Source of the DNA: Mobula birostris
Taxonomy: Eukaryota
NCBI RefSeq assembly: GCF_030028105.1
Contig: NC_092383.1
Coordinates: 34,742,961 to 34,806,960, forward strand
Length of the DNA stretch: 64,000 nt
Direction: 5' to 3'
Below, piece by piece: positions 24,116-36,104 of this stretch (its first letter is position 1; each line of letters starts with the position of its first letter). Made by a program: the position numbers and the translations under genes. A model generated the notes under the pieces. The model had not been told where the DNA came from. It made no database searches and saw only the letters and a program-made list of their open reading frames with translations.

Positions 24116-24667
24116 TGATTGAGAACTCTGTGACCTAGTTGCAATGGAATTCTCAGGAAGCTTTTGCACCTAGCAGGGCCATATTACATCGTCCACTGCT
24201 TCTTGCCCCATAGATTTGCTATTAAGTCTTTCTCTATTTGATACAATCATCATTTAGAACGATAAATAATGATCGTAAATTTCCTCCATTACAGAGAATC
24301 CAACAACTTTGTAGCCACCTTTAGTGAGGCCAGCATTTAGTTTCCTAATTTCTGATAAATGAACTCAGAAATTTGGGAACTAAATTCAATTCAGAATAGT
24401 GAAGTTGTGTTGAAGGATCTGAACTTTCCCAGAAATAGGTTTCACCTCATTTGTGGCATATTGAACAAGCAAGACTTATAGGGTTAACACCAAGTCAGAG
24501 GTCACCCACAAAAAACAATTGAAGAAAGAAGAAGAAGAAAGCCCTTAACTCCGAGTGGAGTCATCGGGACGCCGTCATGACGGCGTTTTTTTAGCAGGCT
24601 TTCTTATTTTTACGAGGCCGAGTTGCTAGTTCGATACTCAACCCAGCACGAATGGAAAGCATGCAGG

Positions 24668-25984
24668 TGTCGCAATGGGGTGCTGGGAACAGACTCAAGT
24701 GCGAGACACAGACACTGAAGTACATGGAACAGGACTTGACTGGAGTAGGGACGTGACAGGATACAGGCAAGGGGCAGGGACAAGAACGCAGACCTGGGCT
24801 AGGGAAAGCGAGACCAGGACTTGGAACCATGGACTAGGAGACAAGGGTTAGACTCCGAGCCCGAGACTGGACAAGGACCCAGAACCTGGGTCTTGCCTCG
24901 GATTCGGAGCCCAGAACCAGGCAAGGACATGACATGGTTTCAGGACAGGACGTGGCTGGGGTCCAGAGGCTTGAGCTTGGAGGCAGGCTGGGGTCTTTGT
25001 TCTTGAGGCTTGAGACTGGGGCCTTGGGTCCTGGGCTTGGCTGCAGGCTGGGGCCTTGGGTCTTGAGCTTGGCTGTAGGCTGCGGCCTTTGGTCTTGAGC
25101 TTAGCTGTAGGCTGGGGCCTTGGGTCTTGAGCTTGGCTGCAGGCTGGGACTTTGGGTCTTGTGTTCTTGAAGCTTGGCTTAGGATCCTCGGGGCTAGTGT
25201 TCTTGGAGCTTGGCTTAGGATCCTTGAGGCTTGTGTTCTTGGAGCTTGGCTTGGGTTCTTGGATCTTGGCTTGGGATCCTCGAGACTAGCATTCTTGGAG
25301 CTTGGCTTGGGATCCTCGAGGCTAGGGTTCTTGGAGCTTGGCTTGGGATACGCGAGGCTAGTGTTCTTGGACCTTGGCTTGGGATCCTCGAGACAGTGTT
25401 CTTGGACCTTGGCATTGGATCCTCAAGCTAGTGTTCTTGGATCTTGGCTTGGGGTTGGAGCTTGGCTGCGGGATCTTCTTCTTGAAATGCAGAGGCTGAT
25501 AACTCAGAGGCTGGAGCTGAGAGACAGACTGGGAACTGAACATCAACATAAAGCCGGGACTTGTCCTTCGAAAAGCCGGGACTCATCGTTAACATGAAGC
25601 CAACATGAAACAGGACAGTACATAAACATAGAGCCAGGACTTATACTTAGACAAGTCGGGACTCAACCTCTCCACACCAAGGTGGTTCAGGTCTGCCTGT
25701 TGGGTAACGGCAGGACGGCCGGACTTACCCCACGGAGGCAAGGACAAGACAAGATAGATGCCCCCACTGGGCAATGGCAAAACGGCCTGACTTACCCCAC
25801 AGAGGCGAGGACAAGAAGCAGTTCCATCTCTGCTCTAGATAGCTTCAGGTCTCAGTTCGGCCAGCAACCTCAGCTGGCTACAAAAACAGCCAATCAAACG
25901 AGGGACAGCTGGAAGACCCGGAGTCCTGAGTCCACGGACCAGACAGTGAACTGGAATGCAGACTTCACGGGCCGGACCATGACA
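24668..25984 (-). mobile_element. Solo LTR (1317 bp, minisatellite-core family), copy 2
   Basis: TGTC...GACA termini and a 5-bp TSD GCAGG/GCAAG (one mismatch). The ends are reverse-complement similar to the LTR at 59697-60736. Confidence 0.88.
24965..25470. repeat. Tandem array inside the LTR (~32-bp units then ~36-bp units, e.g. GGCTTGGGATCCTCGAGACTAGCATTCTTGGAGCTT)
   Basis: Seen directly. Confidence 0.9.
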
Positions 25985-27339
25985 GCAAGGGAGCTGGCTG
26001 GATTCGAACTCGGGAGCCTTCGCTCCGAAGTCCAGCGCTGTTGCCACTATGCCACCAGCTGGCTCAAAAAACAATATAACATTGCAAAATCCTTGCTTTA
26101 TGTGATAATAAGTAATGCTAGTAGGTCCTGCCCAGGTTACACTGCTTGATTTGTGTACACCCCGGACGTGGATGAGAGTTTGGGACACTGGCGGGATGGA
26201 TTTGCCAGATGACACAGGCCTGCAGGCATCTTGTGCCATGTGGGAATTTGGTCTGAAGCTATATCTGAATGGCTGAGTTAACACCCTGGTTTAATTATCC
26301 ATTGTCATTTGTTGGCCTATGTTTTTATAAATATATTTCCATGCAGCCATAGGTTCAATTTGTAAACTGTTTGGTTTACAAACTTTGCCCAAGATCGGAG
26401 ACCTACTGTCACCTGGGGAAGACCTGTATTATCACTCATTGCCTTTAAAATGTATTAATTGCTGACCTGGTGTTTAACACACCCTGCCACCTTTCGGGCA
26501 GTGAGTGACATCACTTGTTTTCCGAGCCTGGGAAATTGGTGAGTCATATCAAAGTGACTTCTCCTTGGCCGCCTCATGGCAATGAGGTCAAACCAGAGAG
26601 AGGAGGAACCACAGCCATATAGGGAAGGAAGTGTAAGTATGCATGGGTCTCCTGAGGGAGACTAACCCCACCTATCAAACACAGGGTGGGCTGGTCACAC
26701 CCTATGGCCATTGTTGATCCCAAGGCCCCTGTAGTCAGCAGCCAGATTGTGGGGGTGAACTGTGGATATCAGCACAGTTAATTACTATCAGTCCGGTGTA
26801 CTCCTTGTTGAACAGTTAGTTAATAGCCAAGGTTATAAGCTGCAAGAATTTGATTCAATTTCCTTTGTTTTATAATGAATCGAATGGATGGAGTACAAGT
26901 TGATGATATTATTTTGTATGAAATATAACAGAGAAATTAAGTTGGCATTTAGGTGATTGCGACACCCTCATTTCCAAACACAATAAAACAAGGCTTGCAA
27001 ACATTAAATCTGTTTCTTTCTTTATAGAAGATGATGAATAGACTTTGTTCTACATTTGTAGTTTAATTCAGAAATTCTGTTCATTTATTCCCCTGACAAT
27101 CCCACTTCTCTTCAGTATCCACGCTTTCAGTTAATGCTTCAATCCACTCAATGTATAAAATCCTGTGACATATGCCTCCATACTAATCCCATTCCCTCAT
27201 TGTGACACCTCTCAAAATGCACCCAAATCCCTGTTCATGGGTTTTCTGTTGCACCTATAGCACGGTTAAGTCGGTGATGCAGAAGCATTTCCCACCAATT
27301 CCACAACTCAGTTGAATTCTGTCTTCTCGATAAGATAAA

Positions 27340-27600
27340 TCAAAGCTGTATCTGCCCTCTCAGTTGGAAATAAAAGCTCGCACTTCACAGAAGAAGATTG
27401 TTTCATTGCAAACAGAGGACTCAGAGTTATTCATCACTTAATCCACACCCTCTTTATCTGATCATTGCCCTATCATTAGATGTGTTAATCGGCTACTCTC
27501 TTTCTGACATCAGTAATTATAATTCTCAGTGCTTGAATTCTCAAAGCACTTTGGGATATATTAAGATCATGTGACATAAACTGAAGAACTACTTTACTTA
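27340..27600 (+). mobile_element. Ancient Deu-domain SINE-like remnant
   Basis: TCTGCCCTCTCAGTTGGAAATAAAAG...GAAGAAGA...TTATCTGATCATT...AAAGCACTTTGGGA resembles the DeuSINE central domain and L2-like tail. It is highly diverged. Confidence 0.45.
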
Positions 27601-27669
27601 CCTTTCCAATTCAAGAAGATAAATTTAGAACAGAATTCCAATTCAGCATTTTAATGCAATTTTATTCCA

Positions 27670-28780
27670 AAGTTCAAAGTAAATTTTATTATCAAAGTAC
27701 ATATATATCACCATATAGATTATGAGAACACTCAGTCCTCTTTTATTGTCATTTAGAAATGCATACTTGCATTAAGAAATGATACAATGTTCCTCCAGAG
27801 TGATATCACAGAAAACAGGACAAAGACTAATACTGACAGAACCACATAATTATAACATATAGTTACAGCCGTGCAAAACAATACCATAATTTGATAAAGA
27901 ACAGACCATGAGCATGGTAAAAAAATAAGTCTCAAGTCCCAATCGACTCCCGAGTCCCCGATAGCAGGCGGCAAAAGGGAGAAATTCCCTGCCATAAACC
28001 TCCAAGACAGCGACAACTGCCGATGCCTTTGAAGCAGCTGACCACAGCCAACACCGAGTCCGTCCATCCAAAAACTTTGAGCCTCCGACCAGCCCCTCCG
28101 ATACAGCCTCCCGAGTGCCATCCTCTGCCGAGCGCCTTCAACCTAGCCCCCGGCTGGCGAAACAAGCAAAGCCGAGGATTCGGGGCCTTCTGCTCCAGAG
28201 ATTCCGGTTACCACACAGTAGCAGCGGCAGCGAAGCGGGCATTTCAGAAGTTTCTCCAGATGTTCCTCCGTACTCTCACATCTGTCTCCATCAAATCAGA
28301 ATTGTGCAGTGTCCCCTACTTGACAGATTACAGATATCATTCACCGGAGAGGCCGTGCGCGTTGCTTTGCGCCGCCATCTTCTCCTCCTCCACAATGAGA
28401 TTCATGTTCCTGTGGGCAGTCTCAGCAAATCTTTAAAATAGTAACTATAACAGAATCAATGAAAGATCAACCAGTGTGCAGAGGGCAACAAACTGTGCAA
28501 ATACAAATATAAACATAGCAATAAATAATAACATGATATAATGTGATAACGTCCTAAAAGTGAGATAATTGTTTGTAGGAACATTTCACTGAAGGTGTGA
28601 GTGAATGTAGGTGTCCTGTTCTATTCAAAAACCTGATGGTTGAGGAGTAGTAACTGTTCTTGAACCTGTGGGTGCGAGTCCAGAGGCTTTTGTACATTCT
28701 ACCTGATGGCAGCAGTGAGAAGTGAGTGTGACCTGTGTGGTGGGGATCTCTGATGATGGATGCTGCTTTCCTACCACAGC
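27670..28780 (-). mobile_element. Rex1/Babar-type LINE 3' fragment, host of retroposon copy 2
   Basis: ORF 28554-28859 contains RKAASIIRDPHHTGHTHFSLLPSGRMYKSL.TRTHRFKNSYY..TIRFLN. The 3' end reads TTCAAAGTAAATTTTATTATCAAAG on +. Confidence 0.85.
27716..28390 (-). mobile_element. Non-autonomous ~670-bp retroposon, copy 2 (subfamily B)
   Basis: The minus strand begins GGAGGAGGAGAAGATGGCGGCGC and ends AATAAAAGAGGACTGAGTGTTCTCATAATCTA. Confidence 0.88.
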
Positions 28781-30922
28781 AAAGCTGGCTTTGTATTACT
28801 GTGTTTAAGAATACTTCAATCAGTACTGATCGTAATATAGGCTCATGTTGTACATACATTACAGCTTCAAAACTTTTGCCAGACCCAGGGCATTGAAAGT
28901 GAATCCCCTTCCCAGTTTAAGAGCTTTGTTAAAGATGCATGTCTCAGAGGCAGGTACTACAAATGGTTCAATGAGTAGTATTTCCAAAACAATTCCTTGT
29001 CCATTATAAATCCCAAGCTGTGTAGGAATCTCGAAGCTGGGGACATTCTCCACTGCACTGATTACATTTAATTCTAGACACAAACATCCACTCACATCAG
29101 AGGAAAGGAGAAGCCTTGCAATTATCACAGGGTACGTGTGTAATTTCTCATTCTCTGCTTTCAATGAAGCAAGCCTTTCACAGTCAGCGGTGAGCTGAAC
29201 ACAATCTCAAGTTCGACTTGTGTAAATGGGAGTTATGCTGCAGAGTGGGAATAATCCAATAATTCAAAAATGCGCTTGTTTTAGGCAACAATGCTGGGAC
29301 TGTGCAAATGACTAGAAAACAATACAAAGCAGGTTCAAGGACAGAGAGAAATTATTTATAAATGTACCTGAACTGGAATGTATACAGTGAAGAAAAAAGA
29401 CACAAATATCCTAAAAGAAAACTAACAACCTTCTTGATTCCAAACAGAGCAGCGGGTGAGTTGGCTTTATGATATTGATGGCTTGTGTTCATAACATTTG
29501 TATTGAGAATTTCGAGTAATTAGTACTACTTTTATCGTCTTGATTATTTGTTATGTTTTTAATTAGGTAAATTAATTGCGATCGTGAAGGTTCTCCATCT
29601 CATCTTTGTTTAACTCTGTCCTTCCAAAATCTCAACTGTGGCCTTACTTGTCAAAGAAATCGCACAAAAATGTTAATATCATTATCAGAACGCTGAAAGG
29701 TCATCTCCCTCTGCATTTTGCTCACCCATTTCTTATTAGCCTTTCTGAGGAGATTTCAGGCTTCGCAGCCCATATCTGTGGCTGGTAATCTGAAGCACGG
29801 TTAAGATCACAGCATTACTTGCCTATTCCTTATCACATTAATCAAGAAGCTTACTGAAGTAGGAGATTTAGCAAAGCTTTGCCGTATTCAAATCCTTACA
29901 TTGCGGGTCAAAGGCACCGTGACCTTACGGCCCTGCCTTGCCTCGCTGGAGCTTCTCTTCAATAGCTGTATTGTGAATATGGCATTTCAAAATGAAAGTG
30001 CTTCTAAAATCTGCGAGTGCTTGGACTGGGAAGTGGAATTGTGATGGGGCACAAAGCATTTGCCTTTTCTGCAAGAAAGTTCTCACCTCTGTATCTATAC
30101 ACTGTAGCCACTATAGCCACAATAGATGTTTCGTTATCATCGTACATGCTCCACTGATCCTCAGTCTGTCAACAAGGAGCTAATTAAATGCTTCACAGGA
30201 CCACATGGTGGCTGAGGGGAATCTACATTTCCATATGGTTAACTTAGTATGGACGAGACTGGCATTGTCTCTAGGGATTGATTAGTGAATAGGGCGAAAG
30301 AAAATGGCCACTCATTAGCTCATCTACTGACCAATCATTTGACTTTCAGACAGTGTCTCTCATAGCTTGGTACATTCTGGGCTCAGCTTAAATTCTGATC
30401 CGACTGAAAATCTGATCTTCAAAGGAACTACATCCTTTGCTTGAGACAATATTTTAGCTAAATAGATCAGGAGATGCTTTCTGTCCCATGACTTCACTCA
30501 CTAAGCTGGGTGTCCTGGTTTTCCAAAATTTGTGGCTCCTTTAATCACTTGCTTGAAGAGACCAGATCCTTGTTTATAACATGATGTGTCAATGCCTTCA
30601 GCGAGACCCTGCTATTACATTGCTTTGCTTTCATTTGCCAATAGCACTGGCTGAATTCAAATTTGATAGGCCATTCAAAGTCTTGGAGATAGACCAGGTG
30701 GAGTCCTGCCTTTTAATGCAGGTCACTGCTTTGGTGACAGGAATTTTAGGGAAGAGTCCTAGCGTGATTAAGCACAAAAGGAGCTCATTCAGCCCATTGA
30801 CTCCATGCCAGCATTCATCAGATCAATGCAGTCCCACTCCTCCTCAATGTACCCACTGCTCTGCTCAATTCTCTACTGTACATTCCAATACCCTCACAGA
30901 GAGTGAGTTCCAAATTAATTGA

Positions 30923-31183
30923 TTATTTATTTAGAGATACAGCACGGAATCACAAAACTGCGCCACCCAGCAGCCCACAGATGTTCACCTAGTCTAATCA
31001 CAGACCGATTGATCCACTAACTGGTACACCTTTAGACTGTTGGAGGAAACCGGAGCATCTGGAGGAATCCCATGCACACACAGGAAGAACATGCTAACTC
31101 TCTTCGGATGACACCGGAATCAAACTCCGAACTCCGACACCCTGAGCTACAATAGAGTCATGCTAAACACTATGCTACCACGG
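30923..31183 (-). mobile_element. V-SINE
   Basis: Antisense V domain (TTTAGACTGTTGGAGGAAACCGGAGCATCTGGAGGAATCCCATGC) and a (TTTA)n tail. Confidence 0.8.
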
Positions 31184-31639
31184 ACAGTACGTGGGCACCT
31201 TTTCTTCACATCGCTCTGGTATCTCTTCCCTGACTCCTGATATCTGTGCCAGCAGGTGCTTGTGTTATCAGTCATGGGGAACAGTGTTCCTTATCGCAAC
31301 CTGTCATAGTCCTGTTCACTGTTATCCAATTTTCCGTTGATTTCCTTTGCTCCCAGGAAAACTACCTCATCTCATTGGAATTTCTTAATCATGTGGTTGG
31401 ATCCTCCAGTTCCTGCAAGCATTCAGCCCATCGCCTGCTCAATCTATGTAAGAGCCTTTACATCCCTCCTAAAGTGTGGTGACCAGAATAGTGGCTGCTA
31501 AAGGAACACCTTTGCTCCGTTTCCTAACTAACCTGGCTGCTAATGATTTGTTGAATGGCCCAGTAAAACAAAGTGGGAAGCAAGGCTGGAATTATAAAAC
31601 ACCCAAAGGAAGATGGTTGTGGTTATTGGATGTCAATCC

Positions 31640-32420
31640 TCCCTAAATGAATTTGCAGGAATTTTTCAGTGCAGTGTCTGAAGTGCATTTGCCTTCAGCT
31701 GTTTAATCAGCAGCATTCCTTCTGGATATAGAGATATCCACAGACAATCTTATGGTATTGGTGTTTCAATTTTTAACACCTCAGGCAACGAACAGTCCAC
31801 GCATATCTCTGCAGCAAGGTAACAATGAGTGACAGGTAACATTCATACATCCAAGCACCAGGCTGTGACCATCTTCAGTGGGAAAGGATTTGACTGAAAA
31901 TGTCTTAATATTCAACAGCTCTCAACCACCTATGGGGGTTCAGAACTTACCAGAAAATTTGGTGTACCAACCACACAAAATATGGTGCAAATCAAAACGA
32001 CTGCAGACACTAGAAAACTAAAATAGAACCGAAGATGCTGGAAGCACTCAACTGGATAGACAGCTGCTGTGGAGAGAGACACAGAGTCAACATTTGAGTC
32101 TTTATTTATGTAGGTGCTCTGGGTAGTATAGATCAGAGATTAGCTAACCTTACCTCCTGAATCCTTTCTATTTACCACAAGGAAGGCACATGATGGAATG
32201 TCCTCCACTATTTTGGATGAAGATAACTGACAACTCTCAGGAAGCTGTTCATAATCATCGACAAAAGAAACCACTTGATGTCAACACATTCAATGCTATA
32301 AAATGAGTGGGTTCATACTCTAACTAAATCTGCTGAGGACTACACAAACATAACTTTAGACTCATGAGAACAAAGAATGTCCATGAAGCCTATTCAAGTG
32401 CTCCTCACAGCACACCATCT
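31640..32420 (+). mobile_element. Ancient CR1/L2-group LINE fragment with an embedded Penelope end fragment (about 31995-32100)
   Basis: GTAACATTC...CCAGGCTGTGACCATC...TGATGGAATGTCCTCCAC motifs shared with 18100-18560. Confidence 0.5.
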
Positions 32421-32619
32421 GGATTTTTCATATGCGTTGTGGCAGCTCCACTACTTGTTGTAGGATTTTCCATTCAAGGGAATTGGTGTTTCCATACCAG
32501 GCTGTGATGCAGCCAGTCAATATACTCTCCATAACACATCTACAGAAATTTTTCAAAGTTTTAGATGTCATGCCGAATCTTCTCGACCTCCTAGGGAAGA
32601 AGAGGATCTGCCATGCTTC

Positions 32620-35600
32620 CTCAGGTTGGGTCAGCGGTGCTAATCTAGGGGGAGACACCCTCTGGCCCGCCAAACTTGGGAAATCTTGTTTGTGTGGATA
32701 CTGCATGATGTTTTCCTCTGTTACAAATCAGTACCACAAAATAACAAACGGTACACTATATGCAGTTAAACCATTTAGCTTTATAATTCTGAATTTGACT
32801 AGAGGGTTAGTAAAGAAAACAAAAAGAAGAGGGCCCACTTTAATGAAACAATCTAATGCGCACTTTGGAGCTCACGATTTTCCTGTCCGTTCGTTCTCCA
32901 TCGATTTCCCTCGGGCTTCATTGACTCCTGACTCCATTGCAAGTTCACTCAGTCCTGCAGTCTACGACCTCTCCGTTCCGACATCTTCTCTCTCCATTTT
33001 CCGCTGAACAAAAGCCCGTGAATACTTCACTCTCGGGCACACAAGAAAGAAAAACACTCCCCTCGTCGGACACCACATATTCCAAAGCCCTCGTTATCGC
33101 TAGTCATAACCCAAACACTGTTGCTGCAGAGAAACCATTACATTAGCAGTGAAACCTTTCCCAGGGCGTTACACTCTCCCCCCACCAAATTTAGTCATGT
33201 CCTCATGACTTTGAGATAACTTGGCAACCCATCCTGCAAAACATAAAGTCCAACCCAAGTGTAAAAGGCAGTGACATAGCTTCCCAAAGTGATAGGAGCC
33301 ACAATCTGTTCCCCTGGTGCTACATAGCCCAGCTTATGCGGTGGTCTTCTAATTCTGTAAGATCTCCATACCCTCTCTTCTACCTCCTGATGTTCCGACA
33401 ATGCTGGGGATACTTCTGGTCTCCCTGGCAAGGCCTCCTTCAGTCTATCACTTATACCCACCTGCAACTCGGACTCCCCCTTGGCTGAACCCTGCTTCAT
33501 CCCATGCAGGGTCCCACTGCAACTCAGGCTGTCCACATGTAGACACCCCACCCCCTCTGATTTCACCTGACTCAGCATGAGAACGGTTGGGAATCACTTC
33601 TTCAATCAGTGGGGAGTCAGCAAAAAGCAGCATATACCACACCACCACGTCCTCATCCTCCGAATCAGTATCCCATTCAGGGGCGGGAGCCAGTCTAATC
33701 TCTTCTGCTGTTGGTCCTGCAGTTGCCCTGAGTCACCGCAGAGTCCCCTTACTAAGTTTAGGCTCCAGGTCGGGCTCTGGGTCAACCTGCACCTCTTGTC
33801 CCAGAGGCAGAAAGTGGTTCCAAAGGAAAATCTTGACAGGGCCATTCCCATCCTCTAATTTCACCCAGAAAACTGGTACTTTTGGCATCTACATAAGGCG
33901 TAGCCGCCCAGTGGTCAGCCAATTTATGCTTCCCAGGTAACCCCAAATTCCTTATGAGGGCTCTGTCTCCCAGCAGGAGTTGGGAGAACCTAACCTTTTG
34001 ATCATACCTCCTCTTATTTCCTTGGTTCTGCTTGGCAACCGCAACCTCAGCTAATTCATAAGCCTTTTTCAGCTCCCTTCTCATATCAGACACATACTTC
34101 AGGTAAATCTTCAGTGGTAGGTCTTTCGTGCCAGTCCCAAAACGAAGGTCGATGAGCAACCTTGCCTCACGCCCAAACATCAGATAATATAGTGAGTACC
34201 CAGTAGCTTCATTTCGGGTACAGTTGTAGCAGTGGATCAGATGTCCAATATGTTGACTTCACCTGTTCTTCTTGCTGATTTCCAAGATTTCGACCATGTC
34301 TAGCAAGGGCCAATTAAACCTCTCGGGCTGGGGATCACCCTACAGATGATAGGGTGTGGTCCTCGACTTCTCAACTCTGAGCATGCTTGGTAACTCATGG
34401 ATGAGCCTGCTCTCGAAATCCCATCCCTGATCACTACATATCCCCCTGTGAAGACCATAATAAATTAAATACTTCTCCAATAACACTTTAGCCACCATGG
34501 ACACCCTCTGGTCCTTGGTAGGGAAAGCCTGTGCATATCTAGTGTAGTGATCCATGATGACTAAGACATTCGCCATCTTGTTGGCACCTGGCTCCATTGA
34601 CAGGAAATCCATACACACCAGGTTCAGGGCCCCGCAATCTGCAAGTGGGACAAGGGAGCTGCTTTGTAGGCAGCGTCTTCCTCTGTATGCATCGAGTGCA
34701 TGACTTGCAGTATTCTTCGACCTCCGGCTTCATTCAGAGCCAGTAAAACTGATCTCTGAGCAATCCATAGGTCTTTTCAACCCCCAAATGTCCAGAATCA
34801 TCATGAAGTTTCTTCAACACCAGCCTCCGATACTTCTCAGGCAGAACCAGCTGGGAATGCTGAGATAGGTCCAGCGGTGACATGACCCGGTATAGGATCT
34901 GGTTCCTCAACTCCAATCTGGGCCATTCTATCAGTAGTGAAGGCATCACAGCGTGTTTCGTATTTTCACTGACGTTACATCAGCGCTAGTCTGCAATATA
35001 ATGAGGACTGCGCTCACCATTTTATCAAACCTCTGACCTGCAATCATAACTTTTCCGACAACTTTAACAGTACTTAACAGGCGAATTAACAATTCATCTG
35101 GAGTATGAATATCTACCCCACTCCACACGCACACATTAGTTACCAGTAACCCCCGTGGATGAACACCCCAGCAGCATCCATACTAGCACAGACTTAAAAC
35201 ACACAACCCACTGGTTCAATGCTCAGGGCAATTACACAGCATCCAACGAAATCAATCCCGGATGAGCCCCCACAATTGTAACCTTCAGGTTCGACCGGCA
35301 GCATTAGTCTTGGAGAAGACACTCCCTGGCCTGCCAATCTTGTGAAATCTCATTTATGTGGATGCTGCAAGATGTTTTCCCCTGTTACAAATCAGTACCA
35401 CGAAATAACAGACGCTACACCATATGCAATTAAACGATTTAGCTTTATAATTCTTAATTTGACTAGAGAGTTGGTAAAGAAAACAAAAAGAAAAGTGCCC
35501 ACTTTAATAAAACAGTCTAATACACAAATTGGAGCTCACGATTTTCCCATCCATTCATTCTCCATCAATTTCCCCCGGGTGTCGTCGGCTCCCGACCCCA

Positions 35601-35837
35601 TTCCACATCCACTCAGTCCTGCAGTCTATGACCTCTCCATTCTGACATCTTCTCTCTCCATCTTCCACTGAACAAAAGCCTGTGAATACCTCACTCTCGG
35701 ACACACAAGAAAGAAAAACCCTTCCCTCATTGGACGCTGCATATTCCAATGCCCTTGTTATCTCTAGTCATAACCCAAATGCTGTTGCTACAGAGAAACC
35801 ATTACATTAGCAGTGAAACCTTTCCCACAGCGCTACA
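32620..35837 (-). mobile_element. Internally deleted Ty3/Gypsy LTR retrotransposon (two LTRs, PBS-tRNAPro, PNMA-like gag 5' remnant, integrase, PPT)
   Basis: LTRs at about 32620-33173 and 35277-35837, PBS at 35255-35272, PPT at 33174-33186. Integrase motifs HDDSGHLGVEKT...C..C, MDFLSME..VLVIMDHYTRYAQAFP..SDQG..FES..SRTTPYH. Probable 4-bp TSD CTCA. No protease, RT or RNase H is present. Confidence 0.92.
35255..35272 (-). promoter_or_regulatory. Primer-binding site complementary to the 3' end of tRNA-Pro
   Basis: Minus strand TGGGGGCTCATCCGGGAT matches the canonical tRNA-Pro PBS TGGGGGCTCGTCCGGGAT at 17/18 positions and lies 4 nt inside the 5' LTR. Confidence 0.88.
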
Positions 35838-36104
35838 CTCATAATTGCACTTACGCGCCGGGCCTGGGACACATCCTCTGAAATCACACTGAGGAATTTA
35901 AATCTGCTGACCCACTCAGTCACTGATCCTCTGATGAGGACTGGCTCATGGACTTCTTGTTTCCTCCTCCAGAAATGAATAATTATCTCCTTGGTCTTGC
36001 TGACATTGAGTAAGTTGTTATGGCACCACTCTACCAGATTTTTAACCTCCCTCCTATATGCTGATTCAGCCTACGACAGTGATGTTATCAGCAAGCTTGA
36101 ATAT

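Larger units (their letters stand above)
24520..26064 (-). mobile_element. Short tRNA-derived SINE with a (TTC)n tail, split by a solo LTR (pieces 24520-24667 and 25985-26064)
   Basis: Minus-strand head has A box TGGCATAGTGG, anticodon-loop-like GACTTCGGA and B box GAGTTCGAATCC. An 11-bp TSD CAAAAAACAAT lies at 24509-24519 and 26065-26075. Confidence 0.85.

Noticed and set aside
24569-24592. Hairpin plus T-run as a rho-independent terminator
   Set aside because: The context is eukaryotic; it is the antisense of a SINE 3' region.
24965-25470. ~36-bp repeats as a CRISPR array
   Set aside because: The units are head-to-tail with no unique spacers, there are no cas genes, and the array lies inside a eukaryotic LTR.
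25985-26064. Functional tRNA gene
   Set aside because: It is a SINE head continuous with a body, tail and TSD; the same applies to the other A/B-box heads in the window.
31357-31447. Apparent exon with a strong acceptor and GTAAGA donor
   Set aside because: The sequence aligns by eye with antisense decayed CR1 (...CCTTTACATCCCTCCTAAAGTGTGGTGACCAGAAT), so the splice-like signals are probably incidental.
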